From Bigelowiella natans CCMP2755 (lineage: Eukaryota > Protista > Cercozoa): a stretch of 64,000 nucleotides of DNA. Of the stretch, positions 39,124-58,202 are shown piece by piece. The stretch lies in contig ADNK01000314.1 of the NCBI GenBank assembly GCA_000320545.1, forward strand, positions 52,951-116,950, read 5' to 3'. The notes beneath the pieces were generated by a model, which was not told the origin of the DNA, searched no databases, and was given only the letters and a program-made list of their open reading frames with translations. How positions within the stretch are numbered: position 1 is the stretch's first letter; each line of letters begins with the position of its first letter. The position numbers and the translations under genes were made by a program.

Positions 39124-39330
39124 TCATGGAATTCTTCATCAAGACCTTCAGATGCTGTGTTGACTAACACTCTTAATAAACAGCAACGGTGATAATATCT
39201 CCGACTTACTAGGAGGGAAGATCACGAATGTCTTGAATCCGTGAATCTGTCCGTGTACACACGGGGGGGGGAAGAGAAAGCAGCTATGAGTGATGAGCAT
39301 TCGATAAATAGGGAGATGGGTTGAGAGAGC

Positions 39331-39374
<44 letters not shown>

Positions 39375-39507
39375 GAGGGGGGGGAAGGGAGATAGGAACC
39401 TGGTAGAAGAAGTTGTGCACCGTGTCATAGTGAGGCGATGCAGTTACGTTGTCGCACCCGAGCCATACGATTTGTTCCTGGATCTTCGCTCCTGAGATTG
39501 TGGTGTA

Positions 39508-39543
<36 letters not shown>

Positions 39544-39989
39544 AACGACGATTCCAAATATACAAGCATAATTATGCGGAATAGGGTCGTCTGATTTATC
39601 ATCATCTTCGCCTTAACGGCCGAACATCTTAATACGCAATTTATCCTCTCTACTATACCGCGACCGCGATGTGATTTTCGGGCTACTACGCTCCAGAATC
39701 CCATAAAAAAGTTATTTGTCATCAATGCTACTACAAGAAGAAAAATCGTGGATGGACCCGCCTTTCATGTTACAGCTGTCAATATATATATCCTTCTCAA
39801 GATGTTTATTCAAGCTATTGCATACGAGCATTCCTCAGCTCGTCTGGAATTCCGAAGAGCTGTCGCGCTTCCTCAACGGGCACATCACGAGTTATAGGAG
39901 CTTCTTCGAATCTCAGATCACCCACCTCGTCGAGATCATCATCCCAAACCTGAATCAATGAATACCCGCGTTTTTGTATCTCTCTCTCC

Positions 39990-40047
<58 letters not shown>

Positions 40048-40816
40048 GCATACATATATAAACTTGATGAGAGTTAAACTAGAAAGCTCGCGCATGATGA
40101 TATTGGTGACGCAAAAACGCTAAGTCAAGACTTGACTCACATCTAAATCCCCGCTGTAGTAGTAGTAGAAAGGGTTCCCGCTCGAAGGCGATCTAGCGAG
40201 GCTTGCCGCTGCTTCTGAGCTCTCGGAAAGCTGACGACACTGGCTAAAGAAGTTGACTGTGGACATGTTCTGCAAATCGTATTGCGGCTGCCACCCGCGC
40301 GCTTCATGTTGCCTGGTAAAACAGAAATAAAGCATTCAAGCTGACCGTATGGCGGCGAGCATGCGGGCTGAGGTCTTACCTTAGCACATTGGACAAATCC
40401 TTGTCGTCGTGGTAGTATAGAAAAACCTCGTCCTCACCAACGTAGACGTTGCGTAGCATTCCGACCTGGAGACAGAACAAAAGGAAGAGCATTCGCATTG
40501 TGGAGAGGAAAGATTGTACGCATAGTTCTGCCTCCACCTTCTTCTCGACCACCTCGGGGGTCCATTTTGCCACTTCCCATTGAGCCGCAGGATGGTTTTT
40601 AATCACTGCGGGCAGTCCTTCATCGAAGAACCTCCTGGATATGCTGGGTTGCTTGCTGCTACCACCCGACGAATTCGCCATGATATCCAGCCATTCGACT
40701 TCCTTCACTGGCCTCGCCGATATGAGCTCGTACCACGGCCACCCTACATCCTCTGTGCAACGTGCTTGCAAAACTACTAAAGCCGCAATGAGAGAGCATG
40801 TACCCAACCCATTCAT
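36833..40816 (-). CDS. JmjC / cupin-like 2-oxoglutarate Fe(II) oxygenase (FIH/JMJD5/HSPBAP1-like fold) with hydrophobic N-terminal segment
   Basis: Exons GLPAVIKNHPAAQWEVAKWTPE; IVWLGCDNVTASPHYDTVHNFFYQ|IHGFKTFVIFPP (HxD, Lys); EVELQA|GQVLYLPPFWFHRV (distal His). N-terminus MNGLGTCSLIAALVVLQARC. Stop TAA at 36833. Confidence 0.85.
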
Positions 40817-41644
40817 TATCAGCAGGAAATTGACTTCTGCCCTCCTCTCTCCCCCGGGAGTCCGAGCTGTGCGGGGGGGGTCCTCAGGGTCGCGTCCACT
40901 GATCCGATCGTGGAAACCTTCGGAAGACACAGGATACTCGTAGAAGAAGAAAGGAGTAAAATCTATGTCATTAAGTAGTAGATGTTTCTATGATAATAAT
41001 AATACGTCTAGATCTAGACGCAGCCTGATCTGGTACGCTGCAAAGACTTCGGGTGAAAAGGAGGATAGTGATAATACACCAAAAACATCGATCAAAATAT
41101 TTCCATCCAAAATACCTTTCAATTTCGTAACTGCGACGCTACTGGAGACAAGAGAATGGATCAATGATTGTTGGTAGAAGTGTTGCGTTCCTGTCGACAA
41201 ACCGCCAGATGTATCCCCGATGACAAAATGACGACAGACTTTTGTAGGAAGTAAGCCTGCCGGCACACGAGTGGACCAAATACCGATCCATTCCCTTCAT
41301 TTTTTTCCACGATTTGCACTTGGAAAGAGACTATCAGACTTAAAGATCTAGAAGAAACGGCGTTTGACCATTGTCGCACCTCCTAAATGCCCTTGAAGAT
41401 ACTGGGTTCGTCGTAGTCGTCACCAGGTCAAGCAAGTCAACACATTCAAATTCATTCAAGAGCTCCGTTCCAGAGCGCACGCCTGCAACACAACCCTCTT
41501 CCTGCATGGGCTGCAGCCAAAACACGACTACTAACCACCCCCAGAATAAGGTCGCTCCCCTATCTACTAAGGGCGTACACTTACCATGTGTTCATTCTTG
41601 CTCTCATCGCTAACGGAGTTCGCAATCCACAGCCTGGAGCTAGT

Positions 41645-44258
<2,614 letters not shown>

Positions 44259-44559
44259 AGACGATAATGGCGGCGCTACATCTGGTGGCACGGTACTTAT
44301 TAGCACTCTCAAGAGTACGCCTAGCTACTCTTTGGGAAGATATATGTGAACACGGAGGAGGGGGAGGGAGGAGGAGGCCGAATGATGCTATGTTGGATCT
44401 AATGATCAGAATTTAGCAACTTCACGTTCCTGCCTGTTTAATTAATTCCAATTTCCCCTTGACGTTCTGGTAATGAGAGCGAATAATTGCATAGAAAATA
44501 GTTACGATTGTCGAGCGGTACTGAACTCGCTCTCGGCTACAAGAATCTAGCAAAGATCG

Positions 44560-45350
44560 ATTTATGAACAGGCTTTACATTCCTGTCGATTATTGTTGTA
44601 TACATACACGCGCAACCATATACATATGGGTACACCTCAGCATGCATACAAGGGTCACATGTGCGAGCTGCCTATGCCGTGTGTAATGTGAAACGCACAT
44701 GAACAATGAGAGCTCTGGGTAGATAACTTTGCTGTTTGGATAGTGTCTGTAAGCATCGCATCGTGTCGCGGGCCGTGGGCAGCCGCCATATAATATAAGC
44801 GTAAGTATCGCCTGTAGTTCTATTGCTTTATGATGCGCAAACCTCATCTAGCTCATGTGCACTACCTACTAGCAGATCATGGCAATAGACGACGACACGA
44901 ATAGACCTGCTAGTACTGACTCATCATCTGAATATGCTAGATATGTCTAGATGTGTCTCTTAGGTGATGATGCTGCTGTCAACACACAACTGGAAAGAGC
45001 ACTTCATTGCTTAGTCAGTACGTCTAGATCTTCTCATTGTGACATCACACTGCTAGATTGCGCCTGCGTTTGCTAGTTTGCGCAACAATAAGTGCTCCCT
45101 GTGCTAGCAGGCGGCACACGCTACGAACACTTCATTCGTATTTGCCGCAATATAAATTTGTCTTTGGTACATGAATATAACTTACGCGAGCTGGTCATTT
45201 CTTAGATTATTTAGATTATTTATGCATTAACATCTTACTCCGTTCACAAATATAGCTAGATAGCGGAACTCAGCAATCCTATTACACAAGTTGCAACCCG
45301 ATTATAGCATGTTTTTCAGATGACGTGACTGCAAGCTCCACTGGAACAAT
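44560..45350. terminator. Convergent intergenic spacer (GalE / DCC1-like), CATG/CTAG-rich; putative bidirectional termination zone
   Basis: Lies between two confident stop codons and shares its composition with five other convergent spacers. The function is inferred. Confidence 0.35.
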
Positions 45351-45463
45351 CTAGTGTGCATAGCCATATCTCCCTCAACGCCTACATTTGCGTTATTCCC
45401 AAAATATCGCGGGAAAATGCTGATCGCTGCGATGGGGAGGAGGGTGGGGTTGACGACCCCGAG

Positions 45464-45958
45464 TCAGGGTTTACAGGTTTTCTTTTCAGAAAGGATCTGC
45501 TCAAGCTCCGGCCTCCCTGTGACTGAAAGCCGATTACGGGCCCAAATTTTGTACAGGAAATCAGCGGCCTTCCGTAGCGGCTCGACCTGAACATGAGTTG
45601 TTATTCTATTATCTTACAGCATCCACTTACACCAGGAAGAAGTGGACATGTGCACGGTGGTCAGACGAAAGAAAATACAGCAAGAAGCGGTTCGAGATAT
45701 ATGGCAATGAATTAATGCAAGGTAACGTGCGGAAAAGAAGAGGATCGCGCGAAATACCGTGAGACTGACAACATCAAATCATCACCGCATTGTCACACAC
45801 ATGTCAATAAAGAGCAGCGCCACACCTTCGTGAAATTATACACCCATCCGAGCCCCACCGCCTCGTATGCTCTTTTGAAGACCTAAGCATCGATGAGGGG
45901 GAGGCAACGAGCATTACTGCATCATAAATGCGATGGGGTTGGTTGCAAGATATTTATG

Positions 45959-45989
<31 letters not shown>

Positions 45990-46981
45990 CATATATTTTT
46001 CTTCGTTATCTGTTTGGTATCTACAGTAATAGGTGGTCACCTCAATATCTCGCACAATTGTTCCGTCCGGAAGGATTCCGTGAATACGCCCCATGGCCTG
46101 AAACACGTCGCCAGTTTATTAATGAGACGATGGCATCAGCTTAGGCTACGCGAATGAAAGGCAGCTCGTGCTGCATTTGTGGAGAATGGACAAACCGTCT
46201 CGTAGTCGATATTCTGATTCTCTTCAGGAAGGTAGTCTTGACTTGATATGTCAACGAAGTCGAGCACACCACCCCTGTGTGCAGGATTGAGGTGTGTTAA
46301 GAGTGATAGTTGGCCTTCATTTGATCTACAGGCCTGCTCTCGACAAGATTGGGAATAATTCCATCTATCATGGCTGACCGACACGACGACTCGATTAGTT
46401 AATTAATATGAAATGAGAGGTACCGATCGTCGGATCTACGTCTAAGCATCGCAATCTCGCGCTCGCACAGTGGACAGTCACCATCGTGCTACGGAAAATA
46501 GATCCACGATCATGTGGAAAGGGGGGGGGGAGAAGGGAAAAGATTGCAAGTGCTGTTAGTATATTAGCAGCATGAGGCACGTGCGTTTTATTTTGCCTCA
46601 CCAGCAACCGAATCTGGGCTGTGGGGGGAAAGTTTGGAACAATTGGCAAATTGCCGTCTTTGCTGCTGCTGGTGCTGCTTGAGCTGGTGTCGCTGCTGAA
46701 CGCTCGGAGATACCGACCTGTCGGCCGTAGTAAGTTGGATGCAATCGTGGATCGAGATCTCCGAGTGATGGCGGGGACTGCTGAACCACGGTGCCCAAAC
46801 CTGCAGTAACAGTAGAGCAATTCACAACCCATTGGCGAGGTTCTTCCTGATTTTCTTATGACCTCAGCATAGCTCTGCCGCCGTTTGACGCAAGGATACT
46901 CGACGCAGTGCTAAATTGAAAGGGAAGGAGAAGGGGGGGGAGGAGCGCAAAGGAGGCCGTGCTGGCTCGTCGAAAGGCCAT
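45464..46981 (-). CDS. DCC1-like (DUF393) thiol-disulfide oxidoreductase with ~100-aa organelle-targeting presequence
   Basis: Spliced protein: QIRLL|HDGDCPLCEREIAMLRRRSDDR|GGVLDFVDISSQDYLPEENQNIDYET|AMGRIHGILPDGTIVRDIE|VFKRAYEAVGLGWVYNFTK|VEPLRKAADFLYKIWARNRLSVTGRPELEQILSEKKTCKP*. Contains the DxxCxxC family motif. Confidence 0.9.
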
Positions 46982-47184
46982 CTTTCTTTCCCCCTTCGAA
47001 GCGAGTGGTGGGGGCGTGTGGGACGACGATCCGAGAATGGCATGCAAATTTATCTGTGCGACAATGGATTCGCCGTAACACCGCCATTTTCTATAAATTG
47101 TTGACGCAGGGGAAAAACGTCCTGTGTTCCTTTTCAAACCGACTGGCGAGGTCTCTCCCCCGAAATCGATTTTCCAGTTGCCCA
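46982..47184. promoter_or_regulatory. Putative bidirectional promoter, DCC1-like / RPC5
   Basis: About 200 bp between two divergent, confidently assigned ATGs. Confidence 0.7.
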
Positions 47185-50292
<3,108 letters not shown>

Positions 50293-50402
50293 CGAACATC
50301 GGCAAGCAGCTACGATGTATGCGCCGTTGCACCGTTGCACTGCCGCCCTCCTGATCGGTTCAACGAAGTATGATTATTCTTCAATTAACAATTAGTTAAT
50401 GC

Positions 50403-50454
<52 letters not shown>

Positions 50455-51736
50455 ATGCATTATGGAGAGCTGTCCATTGCGCGTGAGTGATCAGAGCCAC
50501 ACGTTATGTATAAACAAACGAAGCATCAAAGTAATACGTGTCTATGCAACATACTTGGTGCGAATGCAGAGGCGTGCACTGCGCATGATGCAGATAGGTG
50601 TCGCTGCTTAGTGTGCATGATATGTGCACGCGTATCGTGAAAGAACGAATGCGCCAGCCATGTGTACTTATTTCACTCGCTAGGCACCGAAAGTGTATGT
50701 AGCGTGCATTGCATGCGCCGATCGTAGCTTGTTATCACATTTCGTCAATTTTTTCCTGATATAAACAGGATCGACTAATGCGTCATCACCTCCTAGCCAT
50801 GCAGCATGCCACAATGATTGACTTGCGATGAGAAGGAAACACGCACTGCTGCGCGAAATGCGCGCCATTCAAGACCGAAATAACATGCATTTGATTGCAT
50901 TGAACACATCATAGCGGAGACCAACAGATTCAACATTTGCGCTGTAGCCGCTGCATTGCACAGCTATGACTATTAAACAAATAATCATTACGTCCGTCTT
51001 ACAATGGCAACGCGCTGTGTGGATACGCCCATGCATGCTAGGCAGATACCCGTCAGCATGCTGATGCATTGCTAAATGTACGTGCATTGTACATCAATGA
51101 AATGAGGAACAACGGTCGTTTATAATGCAAACATCCTCATCTACGATGCAGCATAAAGCTTGAAAGCTGCAATGAACGAAGGATGGATGCTGTGACGAAA
51201 GGCTTCCATGCCTGATCGTTGCTGTGCTTCTATTTCTGCTTTGGCATGTACGGCCCTTTGATGCTGTCCCACTCATGCTTCGTGCTAAGCCTGTACTTGA
51301 ACCTGAAAATAAAGGGGGGGGGGAATTAGCGAGAAAGTGGAAAATCCCGAGAAGGAAAAGGAATTTCTCTGATGTATCTGCGGCAGAGCTCTGAATTCCT
51401 TCATGCAATGAAATTGATTCTGTGTTGATATAAGTCTTACTGCGGTCGCCGAATGCGCTCGTCCAATCGGGCTTCGATCGCCTGAATCGCAAGCAACAAT
51501 GACTTCTGGCGTCGTTCACGACAAATGGTAGCTGTCTAGCCGGTCATGTATGGCGCATCATGCTCCCCCTCTAAATGGCTTATTTTGTGATGTGCTCATC
51601 TTATTACCTCGTTCTGCTTGCGGCGATCGTCCATCGTTTTTTCCTCACATAGTCCGAACTTTCTTCGCAGCTTCCGAAACAATTTCGCTGAGTGAATGGG
51701 GCAATATTATATCCAATACACGCGGTGAAACACACA

Positions 51737-52369
51737 TCATGAGTCACCCTTCCGGTCATCGTCTCCGTGCTCTTTCTTCTCCTCCTCCCCCTCCTCTTCC
51801 AGAACCAACGCTCCTGCGGTGCTCTCTCCCATTTTGGAACTGCTCCCAATGCCGCCACTGCTTGAGGGATCGTGGTGTGGTAGCTGCGAATATGGTGATG
51901 ATGCAGGCTTTTCTATTACGATTCGAGGCTTCTGGTCCTCCGGAGGAGTTGGGGGCACCTATAGAGTAGCACCGATGTTAGCATGCTCGCTTATAGTCAT
52001 CAGCGTCTCATCATCATAATCATCATCGTCGTCATCGTCCAAAATTGCTACATATTTGTATCCAGCAGCAGGAGGTGGCGGCGGGTCAAGTCCAGCCTCT
52101 TCCGGAGCAAGAACTCGAGGCATTCTTTAGGAAAGCAGCAGCACCAGCAGCAGCAGCAGCAGTAGACGAAGAGAAGGAATGGAACGGGGGAGGAAGAGGA
52201 GGAGGAGGAGGAGGAGAAGTAGGAGCAGGGGAGCAAGAGAGGAAGGGAAATGATTCTATGACGATGGATGGCATTTTCTGCCAGCGTCCTCCCCACTGAT
52301 GATGAAGGCGAGCGAGGAGTACATCTTCTCACGGGGAAGGGGCACAGCTTCATGCGCGCACACGCACAT

Positions 52370-52412
<43 letters not shown>

Positions 52413-52753
52413 CACGCATTCTAACGTACATAAATGGAGCAGACTGGGCCTTTTGGAGCCTCTCGAATTCCAGGTTGTCTTCTGAGGAACGATGGTGGCA
52501 GTGGATGGTGAGCATTGCAGCAAGGGGTCATCATAGTACTATCGTGATATTTACCATAGTATCACTAAGGCTATGAAACATCATCATCGTCGAATCATCT
52601 TCATCATATCATCTATCCATCTCCATCAGCATGTACCGTACTCTGCCCTCGGTGCTCCGGGAGGTCTGGGAATAGCAGCAGGTGAATGACATGACTTTCC
52701 TCATCGTTTATTACTAACTAAAAGCTGTTTTACGAAGTTGCCGCCCAGGATGC

Positions 52754-52796
<43 letters not shown>

Positions 52797-54164
52797 AATA
52801 TCTCTCTCTTTCTCAAATATGAACATTCATGCACATCTACGCGATGTACAAAGAAGCGAGAGAACGCAACAACTCTCATATGTAAATCCAAACATGTCCA
52901 TATCCACACACAACAACAACTCCTCCTAGCTGGTATGGCGACGACGATGACGACGAAGAAATGTATGCATTTTGCCTTATACTATAGCAGGTGGGCATTA
53001 GCTATCATCGCCATAATCATTATCATCATTGCTTGTTGCACCGTTTGATGAGGCCGGGAGGAGGCTTTGGGATCCTAGCAGCCCGCTCTTTGCGCTTCTC
53101 TTCTTCCTCTTTCTCCTTCTGCCGCCGCCTCCTCTACAACAACCACCAAAAAACATTTTATTTAGATGGTAGGATGATGGGCTGCTGCTGCACCCTCCTC
53201 CTCTGAAACATTAAATCTTCTTCTTCTTCTTCTTCTCTCTGAACGACACGCCACTACAACAATAACAGTATCAACAACAATAGCTACCACTACTACTACT
53301 ACTACACCACTACTGCGCTCTCCAGAAACATCCATAGCGACCACATCTCTTCGCAATAGCGTCGCAATGGCCATATTTCACTCGTCTTCTTACCTCCGCC
53401 GGTGTTATGATCTCCGGGGCAAGTGCGTCCTCCCCCGTTCGAATCTAACGAACAATAGCAGTGCAGCAGGCCGTACCGCCATTTATCGATATAATGCGAA
53501 CAGAAATCACTGGCCATCATTGCCGGATTTGGCCCTCACTTCCATGCCCGTCGCCTTCTTCTTCTTCTTCTTCTTCTTCTTCTTCATCCTCTTTAAGATG
53601 CAAACATCTTCTCACGTACCGATCCCGTGAAGGCGGTCCCTAACAATCGAATGGTGTACTGTGTGTGCTGATTTTCCTTCGTCCTATGGGGGAGGGGGGG
53701 AAGGAGGATTTGAGTCGCGTAGCTGTGGCTGTCGTCGCGGCGGTATACTGAACGGCATGTCTTACTCACGTGTGAATGTCAGTGATTGTGGCCAACGTGC
53801 CGCCCCTCATCATCTGTAAGTAAAATATGTAAAAATGAATTCATTCTGCGAAATTGCCGGGAAGCTCTCTGCGCCCGCAGGAAGCAACAAAAAGGGGCGA
53901 AATCGCCAGTCAACGAGGGAACGGAGAAGCGAGTAACTCTACTGTGGTCAATTTCCCATTTTGTTTGTCCATCATCATCATCATCCTCATCATCCTCATC
54001 ATCATCGTCCTTACGTATCGGACTCGCTGGCCTTTCTGGTATTTTGCCACTCGTGAATTTCTGAGATGTGCGATGAATCAACTAAGGCAGAGGACCAAAT
54101 AGCTTTCTTGCATGTCGAGAAGAAAGGCACGCGCGCGCGCGCCCGTGTGCGTATGTGTGCGCGC

Positions 54165-54211
<47 letters not shown>

Positions 54212-54599
54212 GTAGCGGCGACGATTAGCCCGTTGATAAGAACGAATTGTCCTTTTGATGCGAATCACTTTTCTTGATGTGTTTGTCGCGTGCTACCCAC
54301 CTGAAGAGGGAATCATCGTCAGCATTATCATCTTCCTCATTGCCCTGCTCTTGAGGCTCGAGAACCTGGTGGTGGAGTATCATCATGATGACGATGGTGA
54401 TGACGATGGTGATGACGATGATGAGGAGGGTGATAGTCGTAGCAACATGAAGTAGGTAATTGTAAGGTCAGGGCCATACAAATACCTTTGTCTCGTTGAG
54501 CCCTTTGCCAGAAAATTCAAACGCCACCACGTTTTCTGGAAAAGATAGATGGAAGGATAATACCCCATTTGTTATTATATGGTAGGATGAGGAGGAGAG

Positions 54600-54647
<48 letters not shown>

Positions 54648-55120
54648 GCACACACACACAAACACAAACACACACACACACGGAACATATTACTACCTCC
54701 AGGCTTCCCGTGCGCTGTGACGACTTTATGCTCATAGTCAGAGCTTTCGCCTGCATTTTTTATCAACATTCCCATCGTCATCATCCAGCTATGAACAGCG
54801 GCATCTCTGGCATGAATACTCATCGAAATTGCTTGGCAGAGACAGGTAAAATAAAGAACCTATCTTGCAAGTCATTAGGCACTCTTCTTCGTCATGCTAT
54901 ACTCCCAGGCTGTTATGTCGTATCCCCCCCCCCCCCCCCCACCACCATTTTTTTTTTCTCTCTCTCCTTGGGTGTGTGCGTGTGTAAGGGGTAGGGATGC
55001 CCATCGTGTACTGCCGCTGAGACGTTTGAGCATTCCCTTCAGCTGTCACATCGATTGGGTAATAGTAGCGCAACACACACAAAGCACAAAGCACAAAACA
55101 CAAAACACACACATCATCAC

Positions 55121-55153
<33 letters not shown>

Positions 55154-56468
55154 ACTTACCGCTTCTATAGAAGCCTTTCCACTCGGCGAGTTCCAATGTT
55201 CAGGAGTTTCCAACGCCCGCAACCGACTCTCCTGGTTGATAGACCGGGCGGAAGAGGAGGGGGGGAGGGGGGAGATGAGAGAAGTGGTAAGAAGAGCAAA
55301 CGGTTCATCTCAATGGGGGAATAAGCGCAGGTGTCACATTAGTGACGCCGATTTGTTATCGAAAAAGCGCGGTTCTCTGCCCCCCCCCTTCCTCGACCAA
55401 TACGCCCCAATCGGCACCGTGGTCTTTATCTGCTCCATCAATCGTTTCTGTCAGGAAGGAGGAGGAGAAACAGAAGAACGGGAGGGAGGGAGGGGAGGAG
55501 GGGTATGGTATTAAAGCGTGAGAGGGATATCTGTGATATCAACAACAACAACAACAACAACAAAGACGTGATTACAGCTGACAGTGGTAAATTATAAAAG
55601 AAGGGCGGATGGGCGATCCGCAGGCAGTTTAGAGTTGGTTGTCATGCCTTAGAAAGTCCACTTTTAGTCCTCCACTGACTCTTATCAACTGCGGGAGAGA
55701 ACGGCGCGTGGGTGTGTGAGAGGAGGTGTGGACGGATGGGAGATGGAGGGGGGGGGGGGGAGAGAGAGGGGTATATACATATACGAAGTACACGTATAGC
55801 ATCATGCATCAATGCTGGCAGGCAGTAAAAACCTTTCTCTCTCTCGAATAGTCGGAACGGAAGGGACCCTGTATATTGAGAAGATAATGCGTTGTGGGAG
55901 TGTTGGGGAGGACAAAGGGAATCATCAGTACACAAATGTAAGGAGCGGGGGCAAGGCGTGAGGTGAGACAACGCAGTGTGCACGATGGCAGTCGGCAATA
56001 GTGCAGATGAAAGCTGCGGCGCAGTTGATGATGAAAGACGTACGCGAGAGGAAACAGAGACGAAAAAGCAGAAGATACTACACACTCCTCACCATCGACG
56101 GGCTTATCGACGTGTGCGGAGTTGTCCATCCAGTACTCCCGGGAATCAGCGAGCACCTGGCACCAACATACATCTCATCATAAGCAACACATCCCCCCTC
56201 AAAGTCTCGACCAGCGATAGCAAATTTGATGATGTGGCTTGATGAATTATAAGAGAGAGAGAGGGGGGGGGGGCAGAGAGAATTAGGGGTTGTCTCTACT
56301 TACATTTCTCCTTCGGAATCCATCTCGAAGAGATCTGTGTTTGCATATGAGGTAGTGGCATTGGAATGATTTCGAAACAATTTATCTACTTGCCACTTCA
56401 TCTTCTGCTTCCTCTCACTACCACGATACGAATGCTACTTCTTCTTGTAGCAGAGAGTAACAGTGATT

Positions 56469-56499
<31 letters not shown>

Positions 56500-56737
56500 C
56501 AGTAGTACTAACTATAATACCGACCCAAGCTTGGGATCTTCTCCTTCAGGATCACCGACATCGCGTGTGGGGCCCGAATAATGCTGCCGACGAATGTTGC
56601 TGCGCGCGGCGCGCGTGCATGCGCGATTGGATTGAGTGAGTGTGGTATCAAGTAAACGTGCATGCGGCCAACCATGTCACTCAGTCAGGAATATGGAGGC
56701 TTTCGGAAGATAGGAATCTCTTCTTGCTCTTCTCTCC

Positions 56738-56779
<42 letters not shown>

Positions 56780-58124
56780 GTGTGTGTGTGTGTTGTGTGT
56801 GCGTGTCTTTTTGCATACAATTTGATAGGCTTAGAGGTGTTGTGCGCCGACGCATCGAAGTCCTCGGTGTCAGTAGTGGTGGAGAACTCGCGGTCGCTGA
56901 GCGGCAAATCACAAGCAAGCTCACAAAGAAGAAGGAGAAGAAGAAGTTGTAGTCCAAGAATAGAAAATACTCCAACAGTATCACCATCCTCTTATCATCA
57001 TCATCATCATCATCATCGTCATAATTCCCGTCGTCGTCATGCAATACGCCCCGCCCCCTAGCATCGTCCTCTTTTGCGATGAATTGGATTGAACTACGGG
57101 TTGGGGTCGCCAGTGCTCTTCTGCGTAGCAGCAGACAAAATATATAACAAGAGAACGATGGCACATTAACAAAGCAACCGCAAAATTTAACAGCTCCCTG
57201 TCGTGTTTATATCCTCCCATTACCCGCTCTTGACCGACCTCTCTCATTGCTGCGTTCCCCCCCCCCCCCCCCCCTTCACCCCCTTCCCTTCTCTCTCCTT
57301 CCCTCTCATTCTCTTTACGCTTACCTCGTGCAGGAACAAAGGCAAATCCGCGACTCCTGAATCCGCTACGAGTAGGGGGTGGGTATGATAAGGAATATGT
57401 GCTCAGGCACTATGAGTGAATGTCTGAATAATATTGTCCGTCGTCGTCATTATCTTCTCAGTGCGTGGCAAGTCATCGTTTTGGCGTGGCGTGTAGGAGG
57501 CCTGCTGCTACCTTTTTTCAAGTGCCTTTCGATTCTCTCTCTCTCTCGTCCCCCCCCAGTCTCGTATCCGGTGAAGAACTGCCTCATGGCCTCGTCTCTA
57601 CCGGTGATGATAATGATGATGATGATAATGATAACGATGATGATGATGATAATGATGATGATGACAAACTACAGAAGGGTCAGATCACCGTAAGTGATGG
57701 GAGGGATGAGAAAAACATAGGGCAAGGATTATGATGTCGATGGAGGTGATGGCGGTGACGACGGCGGGGCTTTGAGAGACAACGCAGAAGGAAGGGGGAA
57801 GGGGAAAGCAGGAACAGAAAGATCTCACCCGCTTCTAGATTTACTAGGAGAGTTACTCAGTGTTTTTTTTTTTTTTTCCCTCCCAGAAGGAAGAACACGA
57901 GGGCAGCAGTAAGTAAGTAGGGCAAGTAAGTATATATGTATGCTTGCACCTTTTTTTCACGAAATCGACTGTCCTCCTCTCGGAATCAAGCACTTCTTTG
58001 CTTTCCAACTTTCTACAATAAGAGATGGCGTTGTGTTTGCGGTACATCATGCTTTGTCATAGAAGGCGGCAGCAGCATCCATCACTCTGGAAGGATATTT
58101 CGGGCTGCGGACGACTTAAATGAC

Positions 58125-58202
<78 letters not shown>

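Noticed and set aside
45300-45466. TGA after TCKP in the DCC1-like gene as selenocysteine
   Set aside because: It falls at the normal family C-terminus, and no SECIS-like ATGA/AA/GA hairpin is seen downstream.
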